The position numbers and the translations under genes are program-made. Under the pieces are notes generated by a model. The model saw only the letters and a list, made by a program, of their open reading frames with translations. It searched no databases and had not been told where the DNA came from. 64,000 bases of DNA from Spirochaetota bacterium (GTDB lineage Bacteria > Spirochaetota > UBA4802 > UBA5550): the NCBI GenBank assembly GCA_963663865.1, contig OY760686.1:2432001-2496000 (forward strand), read 5' to 3'. Below, piece after piece: positions 19,701 to 29,608 of the stretch. Every line of letters begins with the position of its first letter. Position 1 is the stretch's first letter.

Positions 19701-20641
19701 CTGTCATAGACCACGGTTACCGGAACAGACTTTCCCGACTCAGCAATGAGAAGAAGTACCGTATTGCGGTTAACGTTTCTGACATCTTCGCTGAATGTAA
19801 ACAGTATTCTCGTGTTTATGCCAGCCCCGGTCATGTTGGGTTCAGGCGTTCTTGATATTATTACAGGACCGGTAACATCTTCTGTACTGAAAGTATACTC
19901 CTCACCGACAACGGGATTCCCGGCCAAATCAGCCACATCTACGGTCACAACCAGAGAGTAGTTTGTGTTTTCCTCTAAGCTGTCAGCCGGAGTCAGGCTT
20001 ACAGTGTATGTCTCTTCGTTATATTCTACTGAGGAATCGACAATCTGTGCCGAGTCGGTTTTTCTCAGAAAAACTGACCCGCTGTTAACGCCTGTTACCG
20101 GCTCACTGAAAACTATCTGAGGAACAGCATCTACAGAGACATTGACTGAATTAGGTACCGGCGTCCTTGACAGAATATATGGCGCCTCTGTGTCAGCCAG
20201 CTCTCCAGTGGTAAAGCTGTACACTGTATTCTCAATGTTCTTTCCGTAGATATTCACTATTTCTGAAGTTAGCGTCACCGCATAGAGAGAATCCGGTTCA
20301 AGGTCCGTTTCAGGTTCGTCAGGATATGGAGTAAGCACGGCGGTGTTAGTAACGCTGTCGAAGCTAACCCTGGCTGGTACGTCATTTACGGCACCGAGCT
20401 TCTTCAGTGTGAAGCTCGTCGAAGTACCTTCAATGTTTCCGACCTTTTCGCTGAAGACCACCGTAATTTCAACATTTAAAGCTACATCGGTTGAACCATC
20501 CTGCGGCGATATTGATATTATTTCAGGGTATGTAACGTCAATTTCACCCGGCTTTTTAACTGAGCAGCTAACAGCCATAATGAGTGAAAGGGAGAGATGT
20601 ACTGTCAGATATGCGAACTTTTTGTGAATTTTTGGAATCAT
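16760..20641 (-). CDS. Large lipoprotein with nine SbsA/Big_5-type Ig-like repeats and a C-terminal jelly-roll (adhesin/MAM-like) domain
   Basis: Lipobox AVSC; repeats P.I....P......V......I...FSE.V.....L.P...L.....Y.V......D..GN.....F.T; C-terminal ENFEG...IDDIKV. Confidence 0.85.
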   Translation of the reverse strand: MIPKIHKKFAYLTVHLSLSLIMAVSCSVKKPGEIDVTYPEIISISPQDGSTDVALNVEITVVFSEKVGNIEGTSTSFTLKKLGAVNDVPARVSFDSVTNTAVLTPYPDEPETDLEPDSLYAVTLTSEIVNIYGKNIENTVYSFTTGELADTEAPYILSRTPVPNSVNVSVDAVPQIVFSEPVTGVNSGSVFLRKTDSAQIVDSSVEYNEETYTVSLTPADSLEENTNYSLVVTVDVADLAGNPVVGEEYTFSTEDVTGPVIISRTPEPNMTGAGINTRILFTFSEDVRNVNRNTVLLLIAESGKSVPVTVVYDSATYSAVITPDIPDENHSTRYLNPDTIYTVSILSGITDASENSNQLDPEGGDGSGTVWSFETASELDTVRPYVTAKYPPDGTMNVAVDDSIYAEFSESVLGLNTASFAVYKMKTSLLTPPSYDSISGLVSFADSVDLSEVDAGDIYNDAAGTEFVITGSISNEAGSKGFSIGSGKNVNLGSSSFVRSSERLDGSLAAGGQTPFKCTFSPASGFEEMTYYSVRLTSLIADATGNQLNYSPVVWTFRTGDPNPPVISQRSPASGAVSVPTNTNVSVGFNEPVNGISSETFILEAEVSEGVWAPVSPVPLFVIENDREFYLNPKSDLVQETRYRVSVASSVTDFSGNSFAGEQWIFTTGTNPDTTPPEIFSAVPGAEAAGVELDANIVIKFTEPLNPSSVNTESIKLIGNSDNYTVSATVEYMESTSEATLNPIVDELNENTVYRVELLASGAGLRDYAGNYLSAASPIWTFTTKADETRPALNTRTPVDGETDVKRDLNVVVSFTEAVSNVDSNSFYLMSGSDKVYSVVEYDENSRTATLNPDSLLQLGYTYTVHLTSDITDRAAVPNELSPVSWSFTVTSDDVNPTVNADGTYPLDGNTDVDRNLTEIIITFSEAMDTGRSAAVLSGGPGVMGKGIWSNAGKTLTLPVLERMSANTDYTVSLKQFGSTFADEAGNLLDGNVNLLEYEYSFTTGGDSTHPQILSVFPEDGSTLAAVDRAVFRFSDRMNPSIGTVSLTGSGSTGTVIWSESGRVLTVPLSGITDGVYSLELNGFISHAGAELDLSALSDGNSLAFTVLGSPVELLAENFEGSSWQGSNYVFDSGCAFDNVSGDSYDWYPCVDSNNPPLASAIEGNYMIRAETIGLDQDEYILLESVAGESLDFSVEGQYVLYFKMCHENILSSSDRVIIEVSVNGGSYEAVQYSEIFRYNPLITGSPRVVTHAAVLTGYCGPSNTEVRLRLRAVSGGENGNDVLIDDIKVYRF

Positions 20642-20964
20642 TATATCTCACACTCCGGCCGTTACATTGTTTGCAAAGCTTTTCAATATAAAAAAATTTT
20701 GTTAAACAGTCAAGATTTTTAACCCGCCCGTATGGGTTTTATTTATAATTTATATTGTCTACATATAATTATCTGTTCACTGACATCAAAACTTGAATCT
20801 TTTAGGCCCTGCGAATTATATAAATATTTATATTGTTATATTCTTATTATTATATGTTGGCCATTATTAACCAATCTCTGTGTAGATACCGTTAATTTTT
20901 AACAAAAAAATATATTTGACATATAACTGCCTGATGAGCCCCTTTTTGTATATCCGGAGGAAAC

Positions 20965-22395
20965 ATGCCACTGAAAATTCACAATTCCATGACCAAAACA
21001 AGAGATGAAATCATTCCCGGAGGAGTTAAAAAGGATGATATAAGCCAATATCCTCCCCTGACCCTTTATTCATGCGGCCCGACTGTTTACGACTACGCTC
21101 ACATTGGAAACTTCAGAACATTCGTGTTCAATGATTTGCTGAAACGCTATCTCCGCTTCAGAGGATTCAAAGTAAAACACGCAATGAATATCACTGACAT
21201 TGACGACAAGACCATTGCTGGAGCCGCGCGGGAGAATATTCCCCTTGGCGAGTACACCTCCAGATATACGGATATTTTTTTTGAAGACCTGAAAACGCTT
21301 AACATTGAACCGGCAGAGTTTACGCCGAAAGCTACTGAGTCTATAAGCGAAATGATCGACATAATTCAGAAGCTTGACAGCAAAGGGATGACTTACACCA
21401 GGGAGGGTTCGACTTATTTCAACATTTCGCTCTATGAGAACTACGGCAGACTCAGCCGCCTTGAGAAACGGGACATCATCTCCGGAGCAAGATACGACGC
21501 TGACGAGTACGACAAGGAAGACGCGCGCGATTTCGCCCTCTGGAAAGCCTCGAAGGACGACGAAGTATCATGGGAAACGCCTTACGGCCGCGGCAGGCCG
21601 GGCTGGCATATAGAGTGTTCAGCCATGATACGCAAGATATTCGGCACAACCATTGACATTCACACCGGCGGAGTCGACCTGATATTCCCGCATCATGAAA
21701 ACGAGATAGCCCAGAGCGAGGCCGCGTACGGGGAGCCCTTCGTTCGTTACTGGATTCACGCCGAGCACCTGCTGGTCAATGGAACAAAGATGTCCAAGTC
21801 AAAAGGCAATTTCTACACGCTGCGTTCACTTGTAGAAGACGGATACTCTCCCCGATCAATACGTTATCTGCTGATATCCGCGCCCTACCGCAAGCAGTTC
21901 AATTTCACCCTTGAGGGCATCAAACAGGCTGACAACGCCCTCGCGCGGATAGACAACTTCCTGCTCAGACTCTCGGACTCAAAAAAAGATGGACCGGCAT
22001 CCGAATCGACTGAAAAATCCGTCTCGGACATGCTCAAAGGCTTTACGGATAGTCTCGATGACGACCTGAACATATCAAAAGCTCTGGCAGCGCTTTTCGA
22101 CTTCATCAACCTGTTCAACACAAGGATAAGCAATGATGACGTCACGACAGGAGACAGGGACGCAGCCGAGGCAGCACTTAAAAAGATTGATTCAGTTTTA
22201 GGATTCATCTTTTTCAAAGGCAATGCGATTTCAAAAGACGAAAGCGAAAGAATAGATGCCCTCGTTCAGGAAAGAATAGCGGCAAAAAAAGAAAAGAACT
22301 TTCAGAGGGCGGATGAGATAAGAAATCAGCTCACAGCAGAGGGAATTACACTTGAAGATACCAGGGAAGGCACGCGGTGGAAAAGAACGATATGA
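20965..22395 (+). CDS. cysS: Cysteine--tRNA ligase
   Basis: CGPTVY...HIGN, DFALWK, GRPGWHIECSAM, HTGG.DL.FPHHENE and KMSKS motifs. Confidence 0.98.
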   Translation: MPLKIHNSMTKTRDEIIPGGVKKDDISQYPPLTLYSCGPTVYDYAHIGNFRTFVFNDLLKRYLRFRGFKVKHAMNITDIDDKTIAGAARENIPLGEYTSRYTDIFFEDLKTLNIEPAEFTPKATESISEMIDIIQKLDSKGMTYTREGSTYFNISLYENYGRLSRLEKRDIISGARYDADEYDKEDARDFALWKASKDDEVSWETPYGRGRPGWHIECSAMIRKIFGTTIDIHTGGVDLIFPHHENEIAQSEAAYGEPFVRYWIHAEHLLVNGTKMSKSKGNFYTLRSLVEDGYSPRSIRYLLISAPYRKQFNFTLEGIKQADNALARIDNFLLRLSDSKKDGPASESTEKSVSDMLKGFTDSLDDDLNISKALAALFDFINLFNTRISNDDVTTGDRDAAEAALKKIDSVLGFIFFKGNAISKDESERIDALVQERIAAKKEKNFQRADEIRNQLTAEGITLEDTREGTRWKRTI

Positions 22396-23111
22396 TTCTC
22401 GGACGCAATCCAGTCCTCGAATACCTGGCAAGCGCACGCGGCAGATCAGGGCTTGTTCTGTACATATCTGAGGGCTCTCACGGCAGAATAGTTGAAAAAA
22501 TCACTACCGAGGCCAAAAGGCAGGGAGTTCCTGTAAGGTCGCAAAACAAGTCCTTTTTCGCTTCGCTGGGCCCCTCGTCTCTGCACCAGGGCGTTGCGTT
22601 GAAATGCCCGTCAGCTTCATCAAGTCAGCAATCCGGCGATCCGATTTCGGATGCGGCAGCCTCGGGCGGGACAATAGTGGTCCTTGACCACCTGACCGAC
22701 CCTCACAATGTCGGTTCGATTATCAGGACTTCTGAAGCTCTCGGCTGCTCGGCCGTTGTCATGCCAAAGACCAACCAGGCCGGAATTACCCCGGTTGTAG
22801 TAAAGACTTCTGCAGGCGCTACCGCGCATATTCCTGTAATCACAGTACCGAACATTTCGGCTTTTCTGGATTCAGCCAAAAAGAAGGGATTCTGGATAAT
22901 TGGGACTTCAGACAGAGGCACATGCTCTCTTGAAGATGTATCGAAAATCAAACCTGCCCTTATTGTAATTGGCAGCGAAGGCGACGGTATGAAGAGGCTG
23001 ACATCAGAAAAGTGCGACTACATCGTCAGCATACCCTTAAAAGGCAAGGTCTCTTCATTGAATGCCTCAGTCGCGGCCGGCATCGTTATTCATGCCCTCA
23101 CGCACGTCTGA
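22392..23111 (+). CDS. rlmB: 23S rRNA Gm2251 methyltransferase (SpoU family)
   Basis: GRNPV.E, HQGV, DPHNVGSIIR, GSEG.G and SLNASVAAG motifs; ATGA overlap with cysS. Confidence 0.93.
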   Translation: MILGRNPVLEYLASARGRSGLVLYISEGSHGRIVEKITTEAKRQGVPVRSQNKSFFASLGPSSLHQGVALKCPSASSSQQSGDPISDAAASGGTIVVLDHLTDPHNVGSIIRTSEALGCSAVVMPKTNQAGITPVVVKTSAGATAHIPVITVPNISAFLDSAKKKGFWIIGTSDRGTCSLEDVSKIKPALIVIGSEGDGMKRLTSEKCDYIVSIPLKGKVSSLNASVAAGIVIHALTHV

Positions 23112-23225
23112 CTGCAAAATTATTGTTGATAAAATACGGGGCTGTTTATTGCTGTAGCAGAGAACTCTCATCGGCATGGCAGTTCATTTCGTTAAAAATT
23201 CAACAATCACCACAGGAATGAAAAT

Positions 23226-25022
23226 ATGGATCTCCGCCTCATAAGAAACTTTTCCATTATCGCGCATATAGATCACGGAAAATCCACTCTGGCAGACAGA
23301 ATTATTGAGCGGTGCCATCTGGTTGACCCCAGAAACCAAAAATCTCAGCTGCTCGACACAATGGATATTGAACGGGAACGCGGAATAACGATTAAGTCAA
23401 ACGCTATTACGCTTAATTATAATTCCAAAGACGGCAACATCTACACATTCAACCTCATTGACACACCGGGTCATGTCGACTTCACATACGAAGTAAGCCG
23501 GGCCCTCACATCCTGCGAAGGAGTACTTCTCGTAGTCGATGCTTCGCAGGGAGTTGAGGCTCAGACAATAGCGAATCTCTATCTCGCGATGGAGAACAAT
23601 CTCGAGATTCTGCCCGTAATCAATAAAATCGATATGCCCAGCGCTGATATCGAGCGCACAAAGGACAGCATTGATCGAACATTAGGGCTTGACCCTGAAA
23701 CCGCAGTTCCAGTTTCTGCAAAAGAAGGAATAGGGATTGACGACCTTCTTGAAAAGCTCATTCAGGTCATTCCTCCGCCGACAGGTACCCCGGAAGAGCC
23801 GCTGACCGCCCTGATTTTTGATTCGTTTTTCGACAAGTATCTCGGCGTAATCATGAAAGTCCGTGTTTTCAGCGGAAATGTAAGAAAAGACGACATTATA
23901 ACCATGTACGCGACCGGAAAAGAGTACCAGGTCAGCGATGTCGGTGTCTTCAGACTCAGCCTCGAAAAGAGGGAGATGCTCGGCCCCGGCGAGGTTGGTT
24001 ATATTGTTGCCGGAATAAAAAGCGTTACCGACACTAAAATTGGAGACACTGTAACCCTTTCATCAAATCCCTGCCCAAAACCGCTCAAAGGCTTCCGCGA
24101 CGTTAAGCCGATGGTATTCGCAGGATTGTACCCGATGTACAGCGATGACTACGAAAACCTCAAGGATTCGCTGCATAAGCTGAAGCTCAATGACGCTTCG
24201 TTTATCTTCGAACCCGACAACTCGTACGCCCTTGGTTTTGGATTCAGGTGCGGATATCTCGGGCTGCTGCACATGGAAATCATCCAGGAACGCCTGGAGC
24301 GTGAATTCGACCTGGCGCTGGTCACCACGGCCCCGAGCGTTGAATACCACATCAACCTGAACAACGGTGAAAAGCTTGTAATTGACAACCCTGTGAAGCT
24401 TCCGGAACCCGGAACTATTGCATCAATAGAGGAACCCTACGTGGATGCGGTCATCGTGACGCCGAAGGAGTTCGTTGGCAACATTATGGCTCTCGTGACA
24501 CAGAGCCGCGGTATTCACAAAAACATGCAGTATATTGACACTAACCGGGTTCAGTTGGCTTACGACCTTCCCCTTTCGGAGATCGTTTTCAACTTCTACG
24601 ATAAGCTGAAATCATGTTCCCGGGGATATGCCTCTTTTGACTACGAAATCCGGGATTTCCGTCCGGCAAAAATGGTGAAAGTTGACATACTCGTAAATGC
24701 CGAACCGGTTGACGCATTGTCCTTTATTGTTCATGAGGACAAAGCCCGTGACCGCGGAAAGGACATAATTGAAAAGCTGAAGGACATTATTCCCAAACAC
24801 CAGTTCAAGATTCCACTTCAGGCCGCTATCGGCGCGGCAATTATAGCCCGTGAAAACATTTCAGCGATGAGAAAGGACGTAACCGCCAAGTGCTACGGCG
24901 GTGACATCTCCCGAAAACGCAAGCTCCTTGAGAAACAGAAGGAAGGCAAGAAGCGCATGAAGCAGATAGGCTCAGTCGAGGTGCCACAGGAAGCATTCAT
25001 GTCGATTCTGAAAATAGATTGA
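23226..25022 (+). CDS. lepA: Elongation factor 4 (LepA)
   Basis: [30 protein letters not shown] and KCYGGD.SRK.KLL motifs. Confidence 0.98.
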   Translation: MDLRLIRNFSIIAHIDHGKSTLADRIIERCHLVDPRNQKSQLLDTMDIERERGITIKSNAITLNYNSKDGNIYTFNLIDTPGHVDFTYEVSRALTSCEGVLLVVDASQGVEAQTIANLYLAMENNLEILPVINKIDMPSADIERTKDSIDRTLGLDPETAVPVSAKEGIGIDDLLEKLIQVIPPPTGTPEEPLTALIFDSFFDKYLGVIMKVRVFSGNVRKDDIITMYATGKEYQVSDVGVFRLSLEKREMLGPGEVGYIVAGIKSVTDTKIGDTVTLSSNPCPKPLKGFRDVKPMVFAGLYPMYSDDYENLKDSLHKLKLNDASFIFEPDNSYALGFGFRCGYLGLLHMEIIQERLEREFDLALVTTAPSVEYHINLNNGEKLVIDNPVKLPEPGTIASIEEPYVDAVIVTPKEFVGNIMALVTQSRGIHKNMQYIDTNRVQLAYDLPLSEIVFNFYDKLKSCSRGYASFDYEIRDFRPAKMVKVDILVNAEPVDALSFIVHEDKARDRGKDIIEKLKDIIPKHQFKIPLQAAIGAAIIARENISAMRKDVTAKCYGGDISRKRKLLEKQKEGKKRMKQIGSVEVPQEAFMSILKID

Positions 25023-25735
25023 TGCTTATTGACATTGAAATGATAAATAACAGCAGCAGCGAAAAAGACCTGTCATCTTTCAGGGTTGTAGAGCCTCATA
25101 TAGTCGACAGGGCCTCAGAATTCGCACGTGAAAGGATGGGAGGCATCCAGTCGAGCCACGGCTGGGACCATGTCCAGCGTGTCGTCAACACGGCGAAGGC
25201 AATAGCCGCGACAGAGAAAAAAGCTGATCTTTTCATTGTCAGGATATCGGCTTTTCTGCACGACATCGCAAGAAGTGTTGAGATTGAATCCGAGGGAGCG
25301 GTTTGTCACGCTGAAGAAGGCTCCAAAACAGCATACGAGTTTCTTACCTCCCAGGGGCTCGACCCTCTGCGGTCGCATCATATAGCTGACTGCATTTTAA
25401 CGCACAGATACAGAAACAGACGGCCTCCAGCGTCGATTGAAGCAAAAATACTCTATGATGCCGACAAGCTCGACAGCATCGGAGCAACAGGAATAGGCAG
25501 AGCCTTCCTGTTTGCCGGCGAAGTCGGAGCAAGACTGCATAACTCCGACATAGATATTGCGAACACCTTTTCATACAGCCGGGAAGACACAGCTTACCGT
25601 GAATTCATGTTTAAACTCAGAAAGGTGAAGGACAGCATGCTGACCTCTGAAGGCGGCAGACTGGCACAGGCAAGACATGATTTCATGGAGCATTTTTTCA
25701 GACAGCTCGACACAGAAATACACGGGAACCTATAG
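25019..25735 (+). CDS. HD-domain phosphohydrolase
   Basis: H...H..RV, LHD, H...G and DADKLD.IGA.GI.R motifs; exact start uncertain. Confidence 0.88.
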   Translation: MMLIDIEMINNSSSEKDLSSFRVVEPHIVDRASEFARERMGGIQSSHGWDHVQRVVNTAKAIAATEKKADLFIVRISAFLHDIARSVEIESEGAVCHAEEGSKTAYEFLTSQGLDPLRSHHIADCILTHRYRNRRPPASIEAKILYDADKLDSIGATGIGRAFLFAGEVGARLHNSDIDIANTFSYSREDTAYREFMFKLRKVKDSMLTSEGGRLAQARHDFMEHFFRQLDTEIHGNL

Positions 25736-26581
25736 GTGGTAACCTCCAGCTCTTAATACCATCTTAGAGGCAATACTCTCTACCGCCATAGTCAGCGAGT
25801 TTGAGAGGTCGCTCTTTGAACTGTAATCGGCTGAAACGAGATTGGAGACCCTTCCATCCTCAATAAAGCTCCAGGCCCTTCCCCACTTGTTCTTCTCGTC
25901 CCTGTCATATACCGCTATAGCAACGCCCCCGTTCTTCTTTACCAGAGAAAAACACGGAACATCAGTAAATCCATCTCCCACAAAGATAAGCTGATCCATA
26001 GGGATACGGTATTCTCCGGGATTGACCTTTTTGTTAACCTCGAAGGGCCTGCCCATATACTTCTCATCAATAAAACCCTTCGATATCTGAAAGATGTATC
26101 TCGTCTTGTCGGTAAAGCTGATGACCCGTTTGGGGAAATCTGCTGCGCCGGTTCTGGTAAAATTGAACTCAGAACACCAGATTCCGGTAAACTTCTGCGC
26201 AATCTTCGTGTTCCTGACTATATCCCCTATCCCGCTGCTGATTACATAGAATTCAAGCTTAATATCAGGTGAAATTCTCGCTGCCTGTCTTATCAGCCTT
26301 GAGAAGATTGTAGTCACACCTTTTTTCAGCGGGCATCTCTTTCCCCAATCAATCAGAGACTCACGGCTGACCTTAATTTTCATATCTTCAGTAAGCCTTA
26401 TCATTCGGTACAGATACGCGGGCACCGGGTCCCATCCGTCTTCAATATCTCCCTGAACCGTTTCCCAGAAAGATGCAACATCAACTCCCATCGCGGAGAG
26501 ATAACCTGTCGTGCTGTCCGGAGCAAGCGTATCGTCAAAATCAAAAATTACAGCTATTATATTTTTTCCTGTGTTTTTCAT
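25730..26581 (-). CDS. HAD-superfamily hydrolase
   Basis: Motif I FDFDDTL, ISSG, K, and GDG.TDVP motif IV. Start set at MKNTG. Confidence 0.85.
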   Translation of the reverse strand: MKNTGKNIIAVIFDFDDTLAPDSTTGYLSAMGVDVASFWETVQGDIEDGWDPVPAYLYRMIRLTEDMKIKVSRESLIDWGKRCPLKKGVTTIFSRLIRQAARISPDIKLEFYVISSGIGDIVRNTKIAQKFTGIWCSEFNFTRTGAADFPKRVISFTDKTRYIFQISKGFIDEKYMGRPFEVNKKVNPGEYRIPMDQLIFVGDGFTDVPCFSLVKKNGGVAIAVYDRDEKNKWGRAWSFIEDGRVSNLVSADYSSKSDLSNSLTMAVESIASKMVLRAGGYHL

Positions 26582-26753
26582 CTGATCAAAGTGTCCCTGC
26601 ATTACGCATAATAACAAGCACTTTTCATGCCTTGAAGACATTCCCCCGTCTGAAATCACATTTTCGATTCATGATGAAAAATACATATTGACTTCAACGA
26701 TATAAGAAAAAACAATCTTGATGAAAGAGAACATCAAAAATAAGAGCTTACTT

Positions 26754-27602
26754 ATGGAACAAAAAAATAATACTCATATACTTCTCATCGACTGTCAGGA
26801 CTCTCCCGCGCTAATACACAGAATTACCGGCGTCATTTCAGATTTTAATTGTAATATTATTTCTAACGGTGAATATGTTGATCCGTCAACAGGCCATTTC
26901 TACATGCGCAGTGAGTTTACAGGCAAAATTGACTCCGGCATAGCTTTAAGGACTCTAAATACAGTTCTTCCAGAAGGCTCCAACGTAAAACTGTTAAAAA
27001 AAAGGCGAAAGCGTATAGTCGTTTTGGCTACACGTGAACATCACTGTCTCGGTGATATCCTTCTGAGAAATCACTTCGACGAATTGGACGCAGAGATACT
27101 TACAGTCATCAGCAATCATGATGTCCTGCGCCCGCTCACCAGCAAATTTGATGTACCCTACGTTTACATACCCTCAGAAAGTCTTTCAAGAGAGGAACAC
27201 GAAACCAGAGTTCTTGAAGTAATAGCCCCTTACAAGCCAGATTACATTATCCTCGCAAAGTATATGAGAATATTAACACCCCGTTTCGTATCCGCATATC
27301 CGGGTTCAATAATAAACATCCACCACTCCTTTCTTCCTGCCTTTATCGGAGCAAGCCCCTATAAGCAGGCATTCGAACGCGGCGTAAAAATTATAGGGGC
27401 AACCGGCCATTTCGTTTCAAATGATCTCGACGAGGGTCCTATTATCGCTCAAAGTGTTATTGAAATTGATCACAGCCATTCACTGAACACAATGATCCGC
27501 AAAGGGCGGGAAATTGAGAGAACAGTTTTGGCACGATCAATGAAATTAGCTTTTGAAGACAGAATTATTGTAAGGGACAACAAAACAGTCATTTTTGAAT
27601 AG
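26754..27602 (+). CDS. purU: Formyltetrahydrofolate deformylase
   Basis: N-terminal ACT domain; HCL.D.L, LAKYMRIL, INIHHSFLP.F.GA.PY.QA..RGVK.IGAT and LDEGPII motifs. Confidence 0.95.
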   Translation: MEQKNNTHILLIDCQDSPALIHRITGVISDFNCNIISNGEYVDPSTGHFYMRSEFTGKIDSGIALRTLNTVLPEGSNVKLLKKRRKRIVVLATREHHCLGDILLRNHFDELDAEILTVISNHDVLRPLTSKFDVPYVYIPSESLSREEHETRVLEVIAPYKPDYIILAKYMRILTPRFVSAYPGSIINIHHSFLPAFIGASPYKQAFERGVKIIGATGHFVSNDLDEGPIIAQSVIEIDHSHSLNTMIRKGREIERTVLARSMKLAFEDRIIVRDNKTVIFE

Positions 27603-27729
27603 CTGTTGCGCCATTTTTTTAACCGCGACTACTGTAAAAAAGTGTAGTAATAATAACACCCTTCGTCAACTGTGGTAAAAAATACCCGACTGGAATCTCC
27701 ATTCCAGAATTTAAACAGGAAACCGCTTA

Positions 27730-29541
27730 ATGAAGAACATCAAAAACATTGCGATTATTGCTCACGTCGACCACGGCAAAACAACTCTCGTAGACGCTCT
27801 GCTTCGTCAGACAGGGGTCTTCAGGGAGAACCAGCAGATCGACGAAAGGATTATGGACTCTAACGATATAGAAAAGGAACGGGGCATCACCATTTTTTCA
27901 AAAAATGCTTCCTTTTCCTATGGCGATTATAAAATCAATATAGTTGATACTCCCGGTCATGCCGACTTCGGTGGAGAAGTCCAGCGAATAATGAAAATGG
28001 TTGATTCGGTGCTCCTCGTTGTCGATGCTTTTGAAGGGCCGATGCCTCAGACAAAATATGTTTTAAAAAAATCGCTTGAGCTCGGCCTTAAACCGATAGT
28101 TGTAATAAATAAAGTCGATCGTCCTAACTGCAGGCCCGGACAGGTTCTGGATATGGTATTTGACCTCTTCGCTCAGCTCAACGCGACTGATGAACAGCTC
28201 GATTTTCCAGTTGTCTATGCTTCTGCAAAAAACGGTTTTGCCCGGCACAATCTAAATGATACAAACGAGGATATATTTCCACTCATAGAAACAATTATAA
28301 AACACGTCGACGACACCTCGGGTGACCCCAAGTCTCCGCTGCAATTTCTCGTTTCAGCTATAGAGTACGACAATTATATCGGCCGTCTCGGAACCGGCAA
28401 AATTTATAACGGCGTAATTTCCTGCGGGGAGGATGTACTTCTGATAAAACGCGACGGAAGCAGACTACCATACAGGATAACAAAACTCTTCGCTTTCGAA
28501 GGCCTTAAGAAGACAGAGATACAATCCGCTACCGCAGGAGACATTATAGCTATCGCAGGGCTTGACAAGATTGATGTTGGCGAGACAGTAGCTGACAAAC
28601 TAAACCCGGAAGCCCTTCCCCTGATATCGATAGATGAACCTACTCTTGCGATGACCTTTTCAGCGAACAACTCTCCTTTTCTCGGCAAGGATGGTAAATA
28701 TGTTACGTCTACCTGCCTCTGGGACAGACTGACTAAAGAGAAGGACAACAATGTCAGCATTGTAATTGAAAAGTCCCTTAACTCAGACGCATTTATTGTA
28801 AAAGGACGAGGGGAACTTCAGCTCGCGATTCTTATTGAAAATATGAGACGTGAGGGCTTCGAGTTCCAGGTTTCAAGACCTGAAGTAATCTACAGGGTAG
28901 AATCCGGAAAGAAACTTGAACCGGTTGAAATTGCAGTAATAGACGTAGGCGATGAGTATGTCGGACCGGTAATTGAGAAGATGAGCATCAGAAAGGGCGA
29001 GATGCTTGATATGATACAGGGAAATGACGGCTATACACGTCTTGAATTCAAGATTCCTTCGCGTGGACTCATAGGCTTCAGGAGCCAGCTTCTTACCGAC
29101 ACAAGAGGCACAGCGGTCCTCAATCACAGCTTCTACGACTATGAACCTTTCCGGGGCGAAATTCCCTCACGCACAAGAGGAGCACTTGTTCAAATTGAAC
29201 AGGGAACCTCCTTTGCCTATGCCCTTGACGGACTTCAGGAACGCGGAGAACTGTTCATTAAACCCGGCACTGAAGTCTATGCCGGGATGATTGTGGGCGC
29301 GAACAGCCGAGATGAGGATATGGACGTTAATGTATGCAAGATGAAAAAGCTCACAAATATACGAGCTTCCGGTTCGGATGACGCTGTCAAACTATCGCCT
29401 CCAAGAGAATTCAGCCTCGAACAGGCGCTGGAATACATCGACGACGATGAGCTCCTTGAGATTACACCAAAAAACATTAGGATGAGAAAGAAAATACTCG
29501 ATAAAATCGAACGCAAGAAAAGCCTGAAAAAAGCCAATTAA
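27730..29541 (+). CDS. typA: Translational GTPase TypA/BipA
   Basis: IAHVDHGKTTLVD, DTPGHADFGGEV, GRGEL.L.IL.ENMRREG.E and PSRGL.G motifs. Confidence 0.97.
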   Translation: MKNIKNIAIIAHVDHGKTTLVDALLRQTGVFRENQQIDERIMDSNDIEKERGITIFSKNASFSYGDYKINIVDTPGHADFGGEVQRIMKMVDSVLLVVDAFEGPMPQTKYVLKKSLELGLKPIVVINKVDRPNCRPGQVLDMVFDLFAQLNATDEQLDFPVVYASAKNGFARHNLNDTNEDIFPLIETIIKHVDDTSGDPKSPLQFLVSAIEYDNYIGRLGTGKIYNGVISCGEDVLLIKRDGSRLPYRITKLFAFEGLKKTEIQSATAGDIIAIAGLDKIDVGETVADKLNPEALPLISIDEPTLAMTFSANNSPFLGKDGKYVTSTCLWDRLTKEKDNNVSIVIEKSLNSDAFIVKGRGELQLAILIENMRREGFEFQVSRPEVIYRVESGKKLEPVEIAVIDVGDEYVGPVIEKMSIRKGEMLDMIQGNDGYTRLEFKIPSRGLIGFRSQLLTDTRGTAVLNHSFYDYEPFRGEIPSRTRGALVQIEQGTSFAYALDGLQERGELFIKPGTEVYAGMIVGANSRDEDMDVNVCKMKKLTNIRASGSDDAVKLSPPREFSLEQALEYIDDDELLEITPKNIRMRKKILDKIERKKSLKKAN

Positions 29542-29555
29542 GCTATATTGACGAC

Positions 29556-29587
29556 AAAAAAGCCCTCTCGAAAGAGGGCTTTTTTTT
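29556..29587. terminator. Bidirectional rho-independent terminator
   Basis: A6-gccctct-cgaa-agagggc-T8 between convergent typA and MCP. Confidence 0.9.
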
Positions 29588-29608
29588 AACTTAATATCAC
29601 CGTTATCA

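Noticed and set aside
12737-20641. CRISPR array, DNA tandem repeats or DGR target in the repeat-rich genes
   Set aside because: Repeats are visible only at protein level; no identical DNA repeats, reverse transcriptase or template/variable region pair seen.
25019-26581. HD and HAD genes as a defence or toxin-antitoxin pair
   Set aside because: Convergent orientation, common housekeeping-type families, no other defence genes nearby.
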